From Eledone cirrhosa (taxonomy: Eukaryota), in the NCBI GenBank assembly GCA_964016885.1, contig OZ024741.1, forward strand, positions 20,398,001 through 20,462,000: a stretch of 64,000 bases of DNA, in the 5' to 3' direction. The number at the start of each line of letters is the position of its first letter. Positions within the stretch are counted from its first letter, which is position 1. The notes beneath the pieces are model-generated. The model did no database searches. It was given only the letters and a program-made list of their open reading frames with translations, and had not been told where the DNA came from. A program made the position numbers and the translations under genes. This document shows, in pieces, positions 1 to 13,809 of the stretch.

Positions 1-1319
1 GGAGGAGGTGAGACAAAGGTTTCTGACAGTATTGTCTACCAAAGTTACCTTGGTGTAGGTGGTGCCAGATGTACAATAACACGTGGAGGAGGTGAGACAG
101 GGGTTTCTGTCAATTAATGTCTACCAAAGTTACCTTGGTGTAGGTGGTACCAGATATACACAATAAGATGTGGGGGAGGTGAGACAGGGGTTTCTGACAG
201 TAATGTCTACCAAAGTTACCTTGGTGTAGGTGGTGCCAGATGTACAATATCATGTGGTGAAGGTGAGACAGGAGTTTCTGACAGTATTGTCTACCAAAGT
301 TACCTTGGTGTAGGTGGTGCCAGATACATAATAACATGTGGGGGAGGTGAGACAGGTGTTTCTGACAGTAATGTCTACCAAAGTTACCTTGGTGTAGGTG
401 GTGCCAGATACATAATAACATGTGGGGGAGGTGAGACAGGGGTTTCTGACAGTATTGTCTACCAAAGTTACCTTGGTGTAGGTGGTGCCAGATACATAAT
501 TACATGTGGAAGAGGTGAGACAGTGGTTTCTGACAGTAATGTCTACCAAAGTTACCTTGGTGTAGGTGGTGCCAGATACATAATAACATGTGGAGGAGGT
601 GAGACAGGGGTTTCTGACAGTAATGTCTACCAGAGTTTCCTTGGTGTAGGTGGTGCCTATACACATAACATGTGGTGGAGGTGAGACAAGGTTTTCTGAC
701 AGTAATGTCTACCAAAGTTACCTTGGTGTAGATGGTGCCAGATACACAGTAACACGTGGAGGAGGTGAGACAGGGGTTTCTGATAGTAATGTCTACCAAA
801 GTTACCTTGGTGTAGGTGGTGCCAGATACACAGTAACATGTGGAGGAGTTAAGACAGAAGTTTCTGACAGTATGGGCTACCAAAGTTACCTTGGTGTAGG
901 TGGTACAAGATGTACAATAACATGTGGTAGAGTTGAGACAGGGTTTTCTGACAGTAATGTCTACCAAAGTTACCTTGGTGTAGGTGGTGCCAGATACACA
1001 ATAACATGTGGAAGAGGTGAGTCCTGGGTTTCTGACAGTAGTGTCTACCAAAGTTACCTAGGTGTAGGTGGTGCCAGATACACAATAACATGTGGAAGAG
1101 GTGAGGCAGGGGTTTCTGACAGTAATGTCTACCAAAGTTACCTTGGTATAGGTGGTGCCAGATACACAATAACATGTGGAGGAGGTAAGACAGAAGTTTC
1201 TGAAATGTATGGGCTACCAAAGTTACCTTGGTGTAGGTGGTACCAGATATACACAATAAGATGTGGGGGAGGTGAGACAGGGGTTTCTGACAGTAATGGC
1301 TACCAAAGTTTCCTTGGTG

Positions 1320-4300
1320 TAGGTGGTGCCAGATACACAATAACATATGGGGGAGGTGAGACAGGAGTTTCTGACAGTATTGTCTACCAAAGTTACCTTG
1401 GTGTAGGTGGTACCAGATATACAATAACATGTGGAGGAGGTAAGACAGGACTTTCTGACAGTAATGTCTACCAAAATTACCTTGGTATAGGTGGTGCCAG
1501 ATGTACAATAACATATGGGGGAGGTAAGACAGGAGTTTCTGACAGTAATGTCTACCAAAGTTTCCTTGGTGTAGGTGGTGCCAGATACACAATAACACGT
1601 GGAGGAGGGGAGACAGGAGTTTCTGACAGTAATGTCTACCAAAGTTACCTTGGTGTAGGTGGTACCAGATATACAATAACATGTGGAGGAGGTAAGACAG
1701 AAGTTTCTGACAGTATTGTCTACCAAAGTTACCTTGGTGTAGGTGGTGCCAGATGTACGATAACATGAGGTGGAGCTGAGACAGGGGTTTTTGATAGTAA
1801 TGTCTACCAAAGTTACCTTGGTGTAGGTGGTGCCAGATACACAATAACATGTGGAGGAGGTAAGACTGAAGTTTCTGACAGTATGGGCTACCAAAGTTGC
1901 CTTGGTGTAGGTGGTGCCAGATGTACAATAACATGTGGTGGAGGTGAGACAGGGGTTTCTGACAGTATTGTCTACCAAAGTTACCATGGTGTAGGTGGTG
2001 CCAGATACACAATAACATGTGGAAGAGGTGAGACAGTGGTTTCTGACAGTAATGTCTACCAATGTTACCTAGGTGTAGGTGGTGCCAGTTGTACAATAAC
2101 ATGTGGTGGAGGTGAGACAGGGTTTTCTGACAGTAATGTCTACCAAAGTTACCTTGGTGTAGGTGGTACCAGATATACACAATAACATGTGGAGGAAGTG
2201 AGACAGGAGTTTCTGACAGTAATGTCTACCAAAGTTACCTTGGTGTAGGTGGTACCAGATGTAAAATAACATGTGGAGGAGGTGAGACAGGAGTTTCTGA
2301 CAGTTATGTCTACCAAAGTTACTTTGGTGTAGGTGGTGCCAGATACACAATAACACGTGGTGGAGATGAGACACAGTTTTCTGACAGTATTGTCTACCAA
2401 AGTTACCTTGGTGTAGGTGGTGCCAGATGTACAATAACATGTGGTGGAGGTGAGACAGGTGTTTCTCACAGTAATGTCAACCAAATTTACTTTGGTGTCG
2501 GTGGTACCAGATATACACAATAACATGTGGAGGAGGTGACACAAGAGTTTCTGACACTATTGTCTACCAAAGTTGCCTTGGTGTAGGTGGTGCCAGATGT
2601 ACAATAACATGTGTAGGAGGTGAGACAGGAGTTTCTGACAGTAATGTCTACCAAAGTTACCTTGGTGTAGGTGGTACCAGATGTACAATAACATGTGGAG
2701 GAGGTGAGACAGGAGTTTCTGACTGTAATGTCTACCAAAGTTACTTTGGTGTAGGTTGTGCCAGATAAACAATAACACGTGGTGGAAGTGAGACAGGGTT
2801 TTCTGACAGTATTGTCTACCAAAGTTACCTTGGTGTAGGTGTTGCCAGATGTACAATAACATGTGGTGGAGGTGAGACAGGTGTTTCTCACAGTAATGTC
2901 TACCAAAGTTACCTTGGTTTCGCTGGTGCCAGATACACAATAACATGTGGTGGAGGTGTGACAAGAGATTCTGACAGTATTGTCTACCAAAGTAACCTCG
3001 GTGTAGGTGGTGCCAGATACACAATAACATGTGGAAGAGGTGAGACAGGTGTTTCTCACAGTAATGTCTACCAAAGTTACCTTGGTTTCGCTGGTGCCAG
3101 ATACACAATAACATATGGGGGAGGTGAGACAGGAGTTTCTGACAGTATTGTCTACCAAAGTTACCTTGGTGTAGGTGGTACCAGATATACAATAACATGT
3201 GGAGGAGGTAAGACAGGACTTTCTGACAGTAATGTCTACCAAAATTACCTTGGTATAGGTGGTGCCAGATGTACAATAACATATGGGGGAGGTAAGACAG
3301 GAGTTTCTGACAGTAATGTCTACCAAAGTTTCCTTGGTGTAGGTGGTGCCAGATACACAATAACACGTGGAGGAGGGGAGACAGGAGTTTCTGACAGTAA
3401 TGTCTACCAAAGTTACCTTGGTGTAGGTGGTACCAGATATACAATAACATGTGGAGGAGGTAAGACAGAAGTTTCTGACAGTATTGTCTACCAAAGTTAC
3501 CTTGGTCTAGGTGGTGCCAGATGTACAATAACATGAGGCTGAGGTGAGACAGGGGTTTTTGATAGTAATGTCTACCAAAGTTACCTTGGTGTAGGTGGTG
3601 CCAGATACACAATAACATGTGGAGGAGGTAAGACAGAAGTTTCTGACAGTATGGGCTACCAAAGTTACCTTGGTGTAGGTGGTGCCAGATGTACAATAAC
3701 ATGTGGTGGAGGTGAGACAGGGGTTTCTGACAGTATTGTGTACCAAAGTTACCATGGTGTAGGTGGTGCCAGATACACAATAACATGTGGAAGAGGTGAG
3801 ACAGTGGTTTCTGACAGTAATGTCTACCAATGTTACCTTGGTGTAGGTGGTGCCAGTTGTACAATAACATGTGGTGGAGGTGAGACAGGGTTTTCTGACA
3901 GTAATGTCTACCAAAGTTACCTTGGTGTAGGTGGTACCAGATATACACAATAACATGTGGAGGAAGTGAGACAGGAGTTTCTGACAGTAATGTCTACCAA
4001 AGTTACCTTGGTGTAGGTGGTACCAGATGTGAAATAACATGTGGAGGAGGTGAGACAGGAGTTTCTGACAGTTATGTCTACCAAAGTTACTTTGGTGTAG
4101 GTGGTGCCAGATACACAATAACACGTGGTGGAGATGAGACAGAGTTTTCTGACAGTATTGTCTACCATAGTTACCTTGGTGTAGGTGGTGCCAGATGTAC
4201 AATAACATGTGGTGGAGGTGAGACAGGGGTTTCTCACAGTTATGTCAACCAAATTTACTTTGGTGTCGGTGGTACCAGATATACACAATAACATATGGAG

Positions 4301-4785
4301 GAGGTGACACAAGAGTTTCTGACACTATTGTCTACCAAAGTTGCCTTGGTGTAGGTGGTGCCAGATGTACAATAACATGTGTAGGATGTGAGACAGGAGT
4401 TTCTGACAGTAATGTCTACCAAAGTTACCTTGGTGTAGGTGGTACCAGATGTACAATAACATGTGGAGGAGGTGAGACAGGAGTTTCTGACTGTAATGTC
4501 TACCAAAGTTACTTTGGTGTAGGTGGTGCCAGATAAACAATAACACGTGGTGGAAGTGAGACAGGGTTTTCTGACAGTATTGTCTACCAAAGTTACCTTG
4601 GTGTAGGTGTTGCCAGATGTACAATAACATGTGGTGGAGGTGAGACAGGTGTTTCTCACAGTAATGTCTACCAAAGTTACCTTGGTTTCGCTGGTGCCAG
4701 AGACACAATAACATGTGGTGGAGGTGTGACAAGAGATTCTGACAGTATTGTCTACCAAAGTAACCTCGGTGTAGGTGGTACCAGA
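1320..4785. repeat. Higher-order tandem duplication, period 1768 bp (21 monomers)
   Basis: Matching ORF-track entries are offset by 1768 (1883/3651, 2149/3917, 2180/3948, 2544/4312). The rare variant GTGTGACAAGAGATTC...GTAACCTCGG occurs at ~2956 and ~4724. 1768 = 19x84 + 2x86. Confidence 0.92.
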
Positions 4786-7700
4786 TACACAATAACATGT
4801 GGAGGAGGTGAGACAGGAGTTTCTGACAGAAGTGTCTACCAAACTTACCTCGGTGTAGGTGGTACCAGATATACACAATAACATGTGGAGCAGATGAGAC
4901 AGGAGTTTCTGACAGTAATGTTTACCAAAGTTACCTTGGTGTAGGTGGTGCCAGATGTACAATAACACGTGGAGGAGGTGAGACAGGGGTTTCTGACAAT
5001 TAATGTGTACCAAAGTTACCTTGGTGTAGGTGGTACCAGATATACACAATAAGATGTGGGGGAGGTGAGACAGGGCTTTCTGACAGTAATGTCTACCAAA
5101 GTTTCCTTGGTGTAGGTGGTGCCAGATACACAATAACATATGGGGGAGGTGAGACAGGAGTTTCTGACAGTATTGTCTACCAAAGTTACCTTGGTGTAGG
5201 TGGTACCAGATATAAAATAACATGTGGAGGAGGTAAGACAGGACTTTCTAACAGTAATGTCTACCAAAATTACCTTGGTGTAGGTGGTGCCAGATGTACA
5301 ATAACATATGGGGGAGGTAAGACAGGAGTTTCTGACAGTAATGTCTACCAAAGTTTCCTTGGTGTAGGTGGTGCCAGATACACAATAACACGTGGAGGAG
5401 GGGAGACAGGAGTTTCTGACAGTAATGTCTACCAAAGTTACCTTGTTGTAGGTGGTACCAGATATACAATAACATGTGGAGGAGGTAAGACAGAAGTTTC
5501 TGACAGTATTGTCTACCAAAGTTACCTTGGTGTAGGTGGTGCCAGATGTACAATAACATGAGGTGGAGGTGAGACAGGGGTTTCTGATAGTAATGTCTAC
5601 CAAAGTTACCTCGGTGTAGGTGGTGCCAGATGTACAATAACATGTGGAGGAGGTAAGACAGAAGTTTCTGACAGTAATGTCTACCAAAGTTACCTTGGTG
5701 TAGGTGGTGCCAGATATACACAATAACATGTGGAGGAGGTAAGACAGAAGTTTCTGACAGTAATGTCTACCAATGTTACCTTGGTGTAGGTGGTGCCAGT
5801 TGTACAATAACATGTGGTGGAGGTGAGACAGGGTTTTCTGACAGTAATGTCTAACAAAGTTACCTTGATGTAGGTGGTAGCAGATATACACAATAACATG
5901 TGGAGGAGGTGAGACAGGAGTTTCTGACAGTAATGTCTACCAAAGTTACCTTGGTATAGGTGGTACCAGATGGAAAATAACATGTGGAGGAGGTGAGACA
6001 GGAGTTTCTGACAGTAATGTCTACCAAAGTTACTTTGGTGTAGGTGGTGCCAGATACACAATAACACGTGGTGGAGGTGAGACAGAGTTTTCTGACAGTA
6101 TTGTCTACCAAAGTTACCTTGGTGTAGGTGGTGCCAGATGTACAATAACATGTGGTGGAGGTGAGACAGGTGTTTCTCACAGTAATGTCTACCAAATTTA
6201 CTTTGGTGTAGGTGGTACCAGATATACACAATAACATGTGGAGGAGGTGACACAAGAGTTTCTGACAGTATTGTCTACCAAACTTACCTTGGTGTAGGTG
6301 TTACCAGATATACACAATAACATGTGGAGCAGGTGAGACAGGAGTTTCTGACAGTAATGTTTACCAAAGTAACCTTGGTGTAGGTGGTACCAGATAAACA
6401 ATAACCTGTGGAGGATGTGAGACAGGAGATTCTGACAGTATTGTCTACCAAAGTTACTTTGGTGTAGGTGGTGCCAGATGTACAATAACATGTGGGAGAG
6501 GTGAGACAGGGGTTTCTGACAATTAATGTCTACCAAAGTTACCTTGGAGTAGGTGGTGCCAGATACACAATAACATGTGGTGGAGGTGAGACAGGGGTTT
6601 CTGACAGTAATGTCTACCAAACTTACGTTGGTGTAGGTGGTACCAGATATACACAATAACATGTGGAGCAGGTGTGAGTGGAGTTTCTGACAGTAATGTC
6701 TACCAAAGTTACCTTGGTGTAGGTGGTACCAGATATACACAATAACATGTGGTGGAGATAAGACAGGAGTTTCTGACAGTAATGTCTACCAAAGTTACCT
6801 TGGTGTAGGTGGTACCAGATGTAAAATAACATGTGGAGGAGGTGAGACAGGAGTTTCTGACAGTATTGTCTACCAAAGTTACCATGGTGTAGGTGGTGCC
6901 AGATACACAATAACATGTGGAAGAGGTGAGACAGTGGTTTCTGACAGTAATGTCTACCAATGTTACCTTGGTGTAGGTGGTGCCAGTTGTACAATAACAT
7001 GTGGTGGAGGTGAGACAGGGTTTTCTGACAGTAATGTCTACGAAAGTTACCTTGGCGTAGGTGGTACGAGATATACACAATAACATGTGGAGGAGGTGTG
7101 ACAGGGGTTTCTCACAGTAATGTCTACCAAAGTTGCTTTGATGTAGGTGGTGCCAGATGTACAATAACATATGGAGGCGGTGAGACAGGGGTTTCTGACG
7201 GTATTGTCTACCAAACTTACCTTGGTGTAAGTGGTGCCAGATGTATAATAATATGTGGGGGAGGTGAGACAGGGGTTTCTGACAGTAATGTCTAGCAAGG
7301 TCACCTTGGTGTAGGTGGTGCCAGTTGTACAATAACATGTGGTGGAGGTGAGACAGGAGTTTCTGACATTAATGTCTACCAAAGTTACCTTGGTGTAGGT
7401 GGTACCAGATATACACAACAACATGTGGAGCAGGTGAGACAGGAGTTTCTGACAGTAATGTCTACCAAAGTTACCTTGGTGTAGGTGGTACCAGATATAG
7501 ACAATAACATGTGGAGGAGGTGAGAGAGGAGTTTCTGACAGTAATATCTACCAAAGTTACCTTGGTGTAGGTGGTACCAGATACACAATAACATGTGGTG
7601 GAGGTAAGACAGGAGTTTCTGACAGTAATGTCTACCAAAGTTACCTTGGTGTAGGTGGTACCAGATATACACAATAACATGTGGTGGAGGTAAGACAGGA

Positions 7701-10020
7701 GTTTCTGACAGTAATGTCTACCAAAGTTACCTTGGTGTAGGTGGTACCAGATATACACAATAACATGTGGAGGAGGCGAGACAGGAGTTAATGACAGTAT
7801 TGCCTACCAAAGTTACCTTGGTGTAGGTGGTACCAGATATACACAATAACATGTGGAGGAGGCGAGACAGGAGTTAATGACAGTATTGCCTACCAAAGTT
7901 ACCTTGGTGTAGGTGGTACCAGATACACAATAACATGTGGTGGAGGTAAGACAGGAGTTTCTGACAGTAATGTCTACCAAAGTTACCTTGGTGTAGGTGG
8001 TACCAGATATACACAATAACATGTGGTGGAGGTAAGACAGGAGTTTCTGACAGTAATGTCTACCAAAGTTACCTTGGTGTAGGTGGTACGAGATATACAC
8101 AATAACATGTGGAGGAGGTGTGACAGGGGTTTCTCACATTAATGTCTACCAAAGTTGCCTTGGTGTAGGTGGTGCCAGATGTACAATAACATATGGAGGC
8201 GGTGAGACAGGGGTTTCTGACGGTATTGTCTACCAAACTTACCTTGTTGTAGGTGGTGCCAGACGTATAATAATATGTGGGGGAGGTGAGACAGGGGTTT
8301 CTGACAGTAATGTCTAGCAAAGTTACCTTGGTGTAGGTGGTACCAGATACCCAATAACATGTGGTGGAGGTGAGACAGGGGTTTCTGACAGTAATGACTA
8401 CCAAAGTTACCTTGGTGTAGGTTGTGCCAGATGTACAATAACATGTGGTGGAGGTGAGACAGGGGTTTCTGACAGTATTGTCTACCAAAGTTACCTTGGT
8501 GTAGGTGGTACCAGATATACAATAACATGTGGAAGAGTTGAGTCAGGGGTTTCTGACAGTAATGTCTACCAATGTTACCTTGGTGTAGGTGGTGCCAGTT
8601 GTACAATAACATGTGGTGGAGGTGAGACAGGAGTTTCTGACATTAATGTCTACCAAAGTTACCTTGGTGTAGGTGGTACCAGATATACACAACAACATGT
8701 GGAGCAGGTGAGACAGGAGTTTCTGACAGTAATGTCTACCAAAGTTACCTTGGTGTAGGTGGTACCAGATATAGACAATAACATGTGGAGGAGGTGAGAG
8801 AGGAGTTTCTGACAGTAATATCTACCAAAGTTACCTTGGTGTAGGTGGTACCAGATATACACAATAACATGTGGTGGAGGTGAGACAGGAGTTTCTGACA
8901 GTATTGTCTACCAAAGTTACCTTGGTGTAGGTGGTACCAGATATACACAATAACATGTGGAGGAGGTGAGACAGGAGTTTCTGACAGTAATGTCTACCAA
9001 AGTTACCTTGGTGTAGGTGGTACCAGATATACACAATAACATGTGGAGGAAGTGAGACAGGGGTTTCTCACAGTAATGTCTACCAAAGTTACCTTGGTGA
9101 AGGTGGTACCACATATACACAATAACATGTGGAGGAGGTGAAACAGGGGTTTCTCACAGTAATGTCTACCAATGTTACCTTGGTGTAGGTGGTGCCAGAT
9201 ACACAATAACATGTGGAGGAGGTGAGACAGGAGTTTCTGACAGTATTGTCTACCAAAGTTACCTTGGTGTAGGTGGTCTCAGATACACAATAACATGTGG
9301 AGGAGGTGAATCAGGAGTTTCTGACAGTGTTGTCTACCAAAGTTACCTTGGTGTAGGTGGTGCCAGATGTACAATAACATGTGGTGGAGGTGAGACAGGT
9401 GTTTCTCACAGTGATGTCTACCAAATTCACCTTGGTGTCGGTGGTACCAGATATACACAATAACATGTGGAGGAGGTGACACAAGAGTTTCTGACAGTAT
9501 TGTCTACCAAAGTTACCTTGGTGTAGGTGGTGTCAGATACACAATAACATGTGGAGGAGGTGAAACAGGAGTTTCTGACAGTATTGTCTACAAAAGTTAC
9601 CTTGGTGTAGATGGTGCCAGATGTACAATAACATGTGGAGGTGGTGAGACAGGAGTTTCTGACAGTAATGTCTACCAAAGTTACCTTGGTGTAGGTTGTA
9701 CCAGATGTACAATAAAATGTGGTGGAGGTGAGACAGGGGTTTCTGACAGTAATGTCTACCAACGTTACCTTGGTGTAGGTGATGCCAGTTGTACAATAAC
9801 ATGTGGTGGAGGTGAGACAGGGTTTTCTGACACTAATGTCTACCAAAGTTACCTTTGTGTAGGTGGTACCAGATATACACAATAACATGTGGTGGAGGGG
9901 AGACAGGGGTTTCTGACAGTAATGTCTACCAAAGTTACCTTGGTGTAGGTGGTACCAGATATACACAATAACATGTGGTGGAGGTGAGACAGGAGTTTCT
10001 GACAATAATGATTACCAAAG

Positions 10021-11545
10021 TTACCTTGGTGTAGGTGGTGCAGATGTACAATAACATGTGGAGGTGGTGAGACAGGAGTTTCTGACAGTATTGTCTACCA
10101 AAATTACCTTGGTGTAGGTGGTGCCAGATACACAATAACACGTGGTGGAGGTGAGACAGAGTTTTCTGACAGTATTGTCTACCAAAGTTACCTTGGTGTA
10201 GGTGGTGCCAGATGTACAATAACATGTGGTGGAGGTGAGACAGGTGTTTCTCACAGTAACGTCTACCAAATTTATCTTGGTGTCGGTGGTACCAGATATA
10301 CACAATAACACGTGGAGGAGGTGACACAAGAGTTTCTGACAGTATTGTCTACCAAAGTTACCTTGGTGTAGGTGGTACCAGATACACAATAACATGTGGA
10401 GGAAGTGAGACAGCAGTTTCTGACAGAATTGTCTACCAAACTTACCTTGGTGTAGGTGGTACCAGATATACACAATAACATGTCGAGCAGGTCAGACAGG
10501 AGTTTCTGACAGTAATGTCTACCAAAGTTACCTTGGTGTAGGTGGTGCCAGATGTACAATAACATGTGGGAGAGGTGAGACAGGGGTTTCTGACAAATAA
10601 TGTCTACCAAAGTTACCTTGGAGTAGGTGTTACCAGATACACAATAACATGTGGTGGAGGTGACACAGGGGTTTCTGACAGTAATGTTTACCAAAGTTAC
10701 CATGGTGTAGGTGGTGCTAAATGTACAAAAACATGTGGGAGAGGTGAGACAGGGGTTTGTGACAATTAATGTCTACCAAAGTTACCTTGGTGTAGGTGGT
10801 GCAGATGTACAATAACATGTGGAGGTGGTGAGACAGGAGTTTCTGACAGTATTGATTACCAAAATTACCTTGGTGTAGGTGGTGCCAGATACACAATAAC
10901 ACGTGGTGGAGGTGAGACAGAGTTTTCTGACAGTATTGTCTACCAAAGTTACCTTGGTGTAGGTGGTGCCAGATGTACAATAACATGTGGTGGAGGTGAG
11001 ACAGGTGTTTCTCACAGTAATGTCTACCAAATTTACCTTGGTGTCGGTGGTACCGGATATACACAATAACACGTGGAGGAGGTGACACAAGAGTTTCTGA
11101 CAGTATTGTCTACCAAAGTTACCTTGGTGTAGGTGGTACCAGATACACAATAACATGTGGAGGAAGTGAGACAGCAGTTTCTGACAGAATTGTCTACCAA
11201 ACTTACCTTGGTGTAGGTGGTACCAGATATACACAATAACATGTGGAGCAGGTCAGACAGGAGTTTCTGACAGTAATGTCTACCAAAGTTACCTTGGTGT
11301 AGGTGGTGCCAGATGTACAATAACATGTGGGAGAGGTGAGACAGGGGTTTCTGAGAAATAATGTCTACCAAAGTTACCTTGGAGTAGGTGTTACCAGATA
11401 CACAATAACATGTGGTGGAGGTGACACAGGGGTTTCTGACAGTAATGTTTACCAAAGTTACCATGGTGTAGGTGGTGCCAAGTGTACAAAAACATGTGGG
11501 AGAGGTGAGACAGGTGTTTGTGACAATTAATGTCTACCAAAGTTA
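10021..11545. repeat. Higher-order tandem duplication, period 761 bp (9 monomers)
   Basis: ORFs 10021/10782, 10272/11033 and 10566/11327 are all offset by 761. Both copies share the variants GGTGCAGATG (83-bp unit), CAGGTCAGAC and GGAGTAGGTGTTACC. Confidence 0.93.
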
Positions 11546-13809
11546 CCTTGGTGTAGGTGGTGCAGATGTACAATAACATGTGGAGGAGGTGAGACAGGGG
11601 TTTCTCACAGTATTGTCTACCAAAGTTACCTTGGTGTAGGTGGTACCAGATATACACAATAACATGTGGAGCAGGTGTGAGAGGAGTTTCTGACAGTAAT
11701 GTCTACCAAAGTGACCTTGGTGTAGGTGGTACCAGATATACACAATAACATGTGGAGGAGGCGAGACATGAGATAATGACAGTATTGTCTACCAAAGTTA
11801 CCATGGTGTAGGTGGTGCCAAGTGTACAAAAACATGTGGGAGAGGTGAGACAGGGGTTTGTGACAATTAATGTCTACCAAAGTTACCTTTGTGTAGGTGG
11901 TACCAGATATACAGAATAACATGTGCATGAGGTGAGACAGGGGTTTCTGACAGTAATGTCTACCAAAGTTACCTTGGTGTAGGTGGTGTCAGATACACAA
12001 TAACATGTGGTGGAGATAAGACAGGAGTTTCTGACAGTAATGTCTACCAAAGTGACCTTGGTGTAGGTGGTACAAGATATACACAATAACATGTGGAGAA
12101 GGCGAGACATGAGATAATGACAGTATTGTCTACCAAAGTTACCTTGGTGTAGGTGGTACCAGATACACAATAACATGTGGTGGATGTAAGACAGGAGTTT
12201 CTGACAATAACGTCTACCAAAGTTATCTTGGTGTAGGTGGTACCAGATATACACAATAACATGTGGTGGAGGTAAGACAGGAGTTTCTGACAGTAACGTC
12301 TACCAAAGTTACCTGGTGTAGGTGGTACGAGATATACACAATAACATGTGGAGGAGGTGAGACAGGAGTTCCTGAAAATAATGTTAACCAAAGTTACCTT
12401 GGTGTAGTCGGTGCCAGATATACACAATAACATGTAGTGGAGGTGAGACAAGAGTTTCTGACATTAATGTTTACCAAAGTTACGTTGGTGTAGGTGGTAC
12501 CAGATACACAATAACATGTGGTGGAGGTAAGACAGGAGTTTCTGACAGTAATGTCTACCAAAGTTGCCTTGGTGTAGGTGGTTCCAGTTGAACAATAACA
12601 TGTGGTGGAGGTGAGACAGGGTTTTCTGACAGTAATGTCTACCAAAGTTACCTTGGTGTAGGTGGTACCAGATATACACAATAACATGTGGAGGAGGTGA
12701 GACAGGGGTTTCTCACAATAATGTCTACCAAAGTTGCCTTGGTGTAGGTGGTGCCAAATATACACAATAACATGTGGAGGAGGTGAGACAGGGGTTTCTG
12801 ACAGTAATGTCTAGCAAAGTTACCTTGGTGTAGGTGGTACCAGATACACAATAACATGTGGTGGAGGTGAGACAGGGGTTTCTGACAGTAATGTCTACCA
12901 AAGTTACCTTGGTGTAGGTGGTACCAGATATACACAATAACATGTGGAGGAGGCGAGGCATGAGATAATGACAGTATTGTCAACCAAAGTTACGTTGGTG
13001 TAGGTGGTACCAGATACACAATAACATGTGGTGGAGGTAAGACAGGAGTTTCTGACAGTAATGTCTACCAAAGTTGCCTTGGTGTAGGTGGTACCAGATA
13101 TACACAATAACATGTGGAGGAGGTGAGACAGGGGTTTCTCACAGTAATGTCTACCAAAGTTGCCTTGATGTAGGTGGTGCCAGATGTACAATAACATATG
13201 GAGGCGGTGAGACAGGGGTTTCTGACGGTATTGTCTACCAAAGTTACCTTGGTGTAGGTGGTGCCACATGTATAATAATATGTGGGGGAGGTGAGACAGG
13301 GGTTTCTGACAGTAATGTCTACCAAAGTTACCTTGGTGTAGGTGGTTCCAGTTGAACAATAACATGTGGTGGAGGTGAGACAGGGTTTTCTGACAGTAAT
13401 GTCTACCAAAGTTACCTTGGTGTAGGTGGTGCCAGATGTACAAAAATATGTGGGAGAGGTGAGACAGGGGTTTCTGACAATTAATGTCAACCAAATTTAC
13501 CTTCGAGTAGGTGGTACCAGATACACAATAACATGTGGTGGATGTGACACAGGGGTTTCTGACAGTAATGTCTACCAAAGTTACCTTGGTGTAGGTGGTG
13601 CAGATGTACAATAACATGTGGAGGAGGTGAGACAGGAGTTTCTGACAGTATTGTCTACCAAAGTTACCTTGCTGTAGGTGGTACCAGATATACACAATAA
13701 CATGTGGAGCAGGTGTGAGAGGAGTTTCTGACAGTAATGTCTACCAAAGTTACCTTGGTGTAGGTGGTACCAGATATACAGAATAACATGTGGATGAGGT
13801 GAGATAGGA

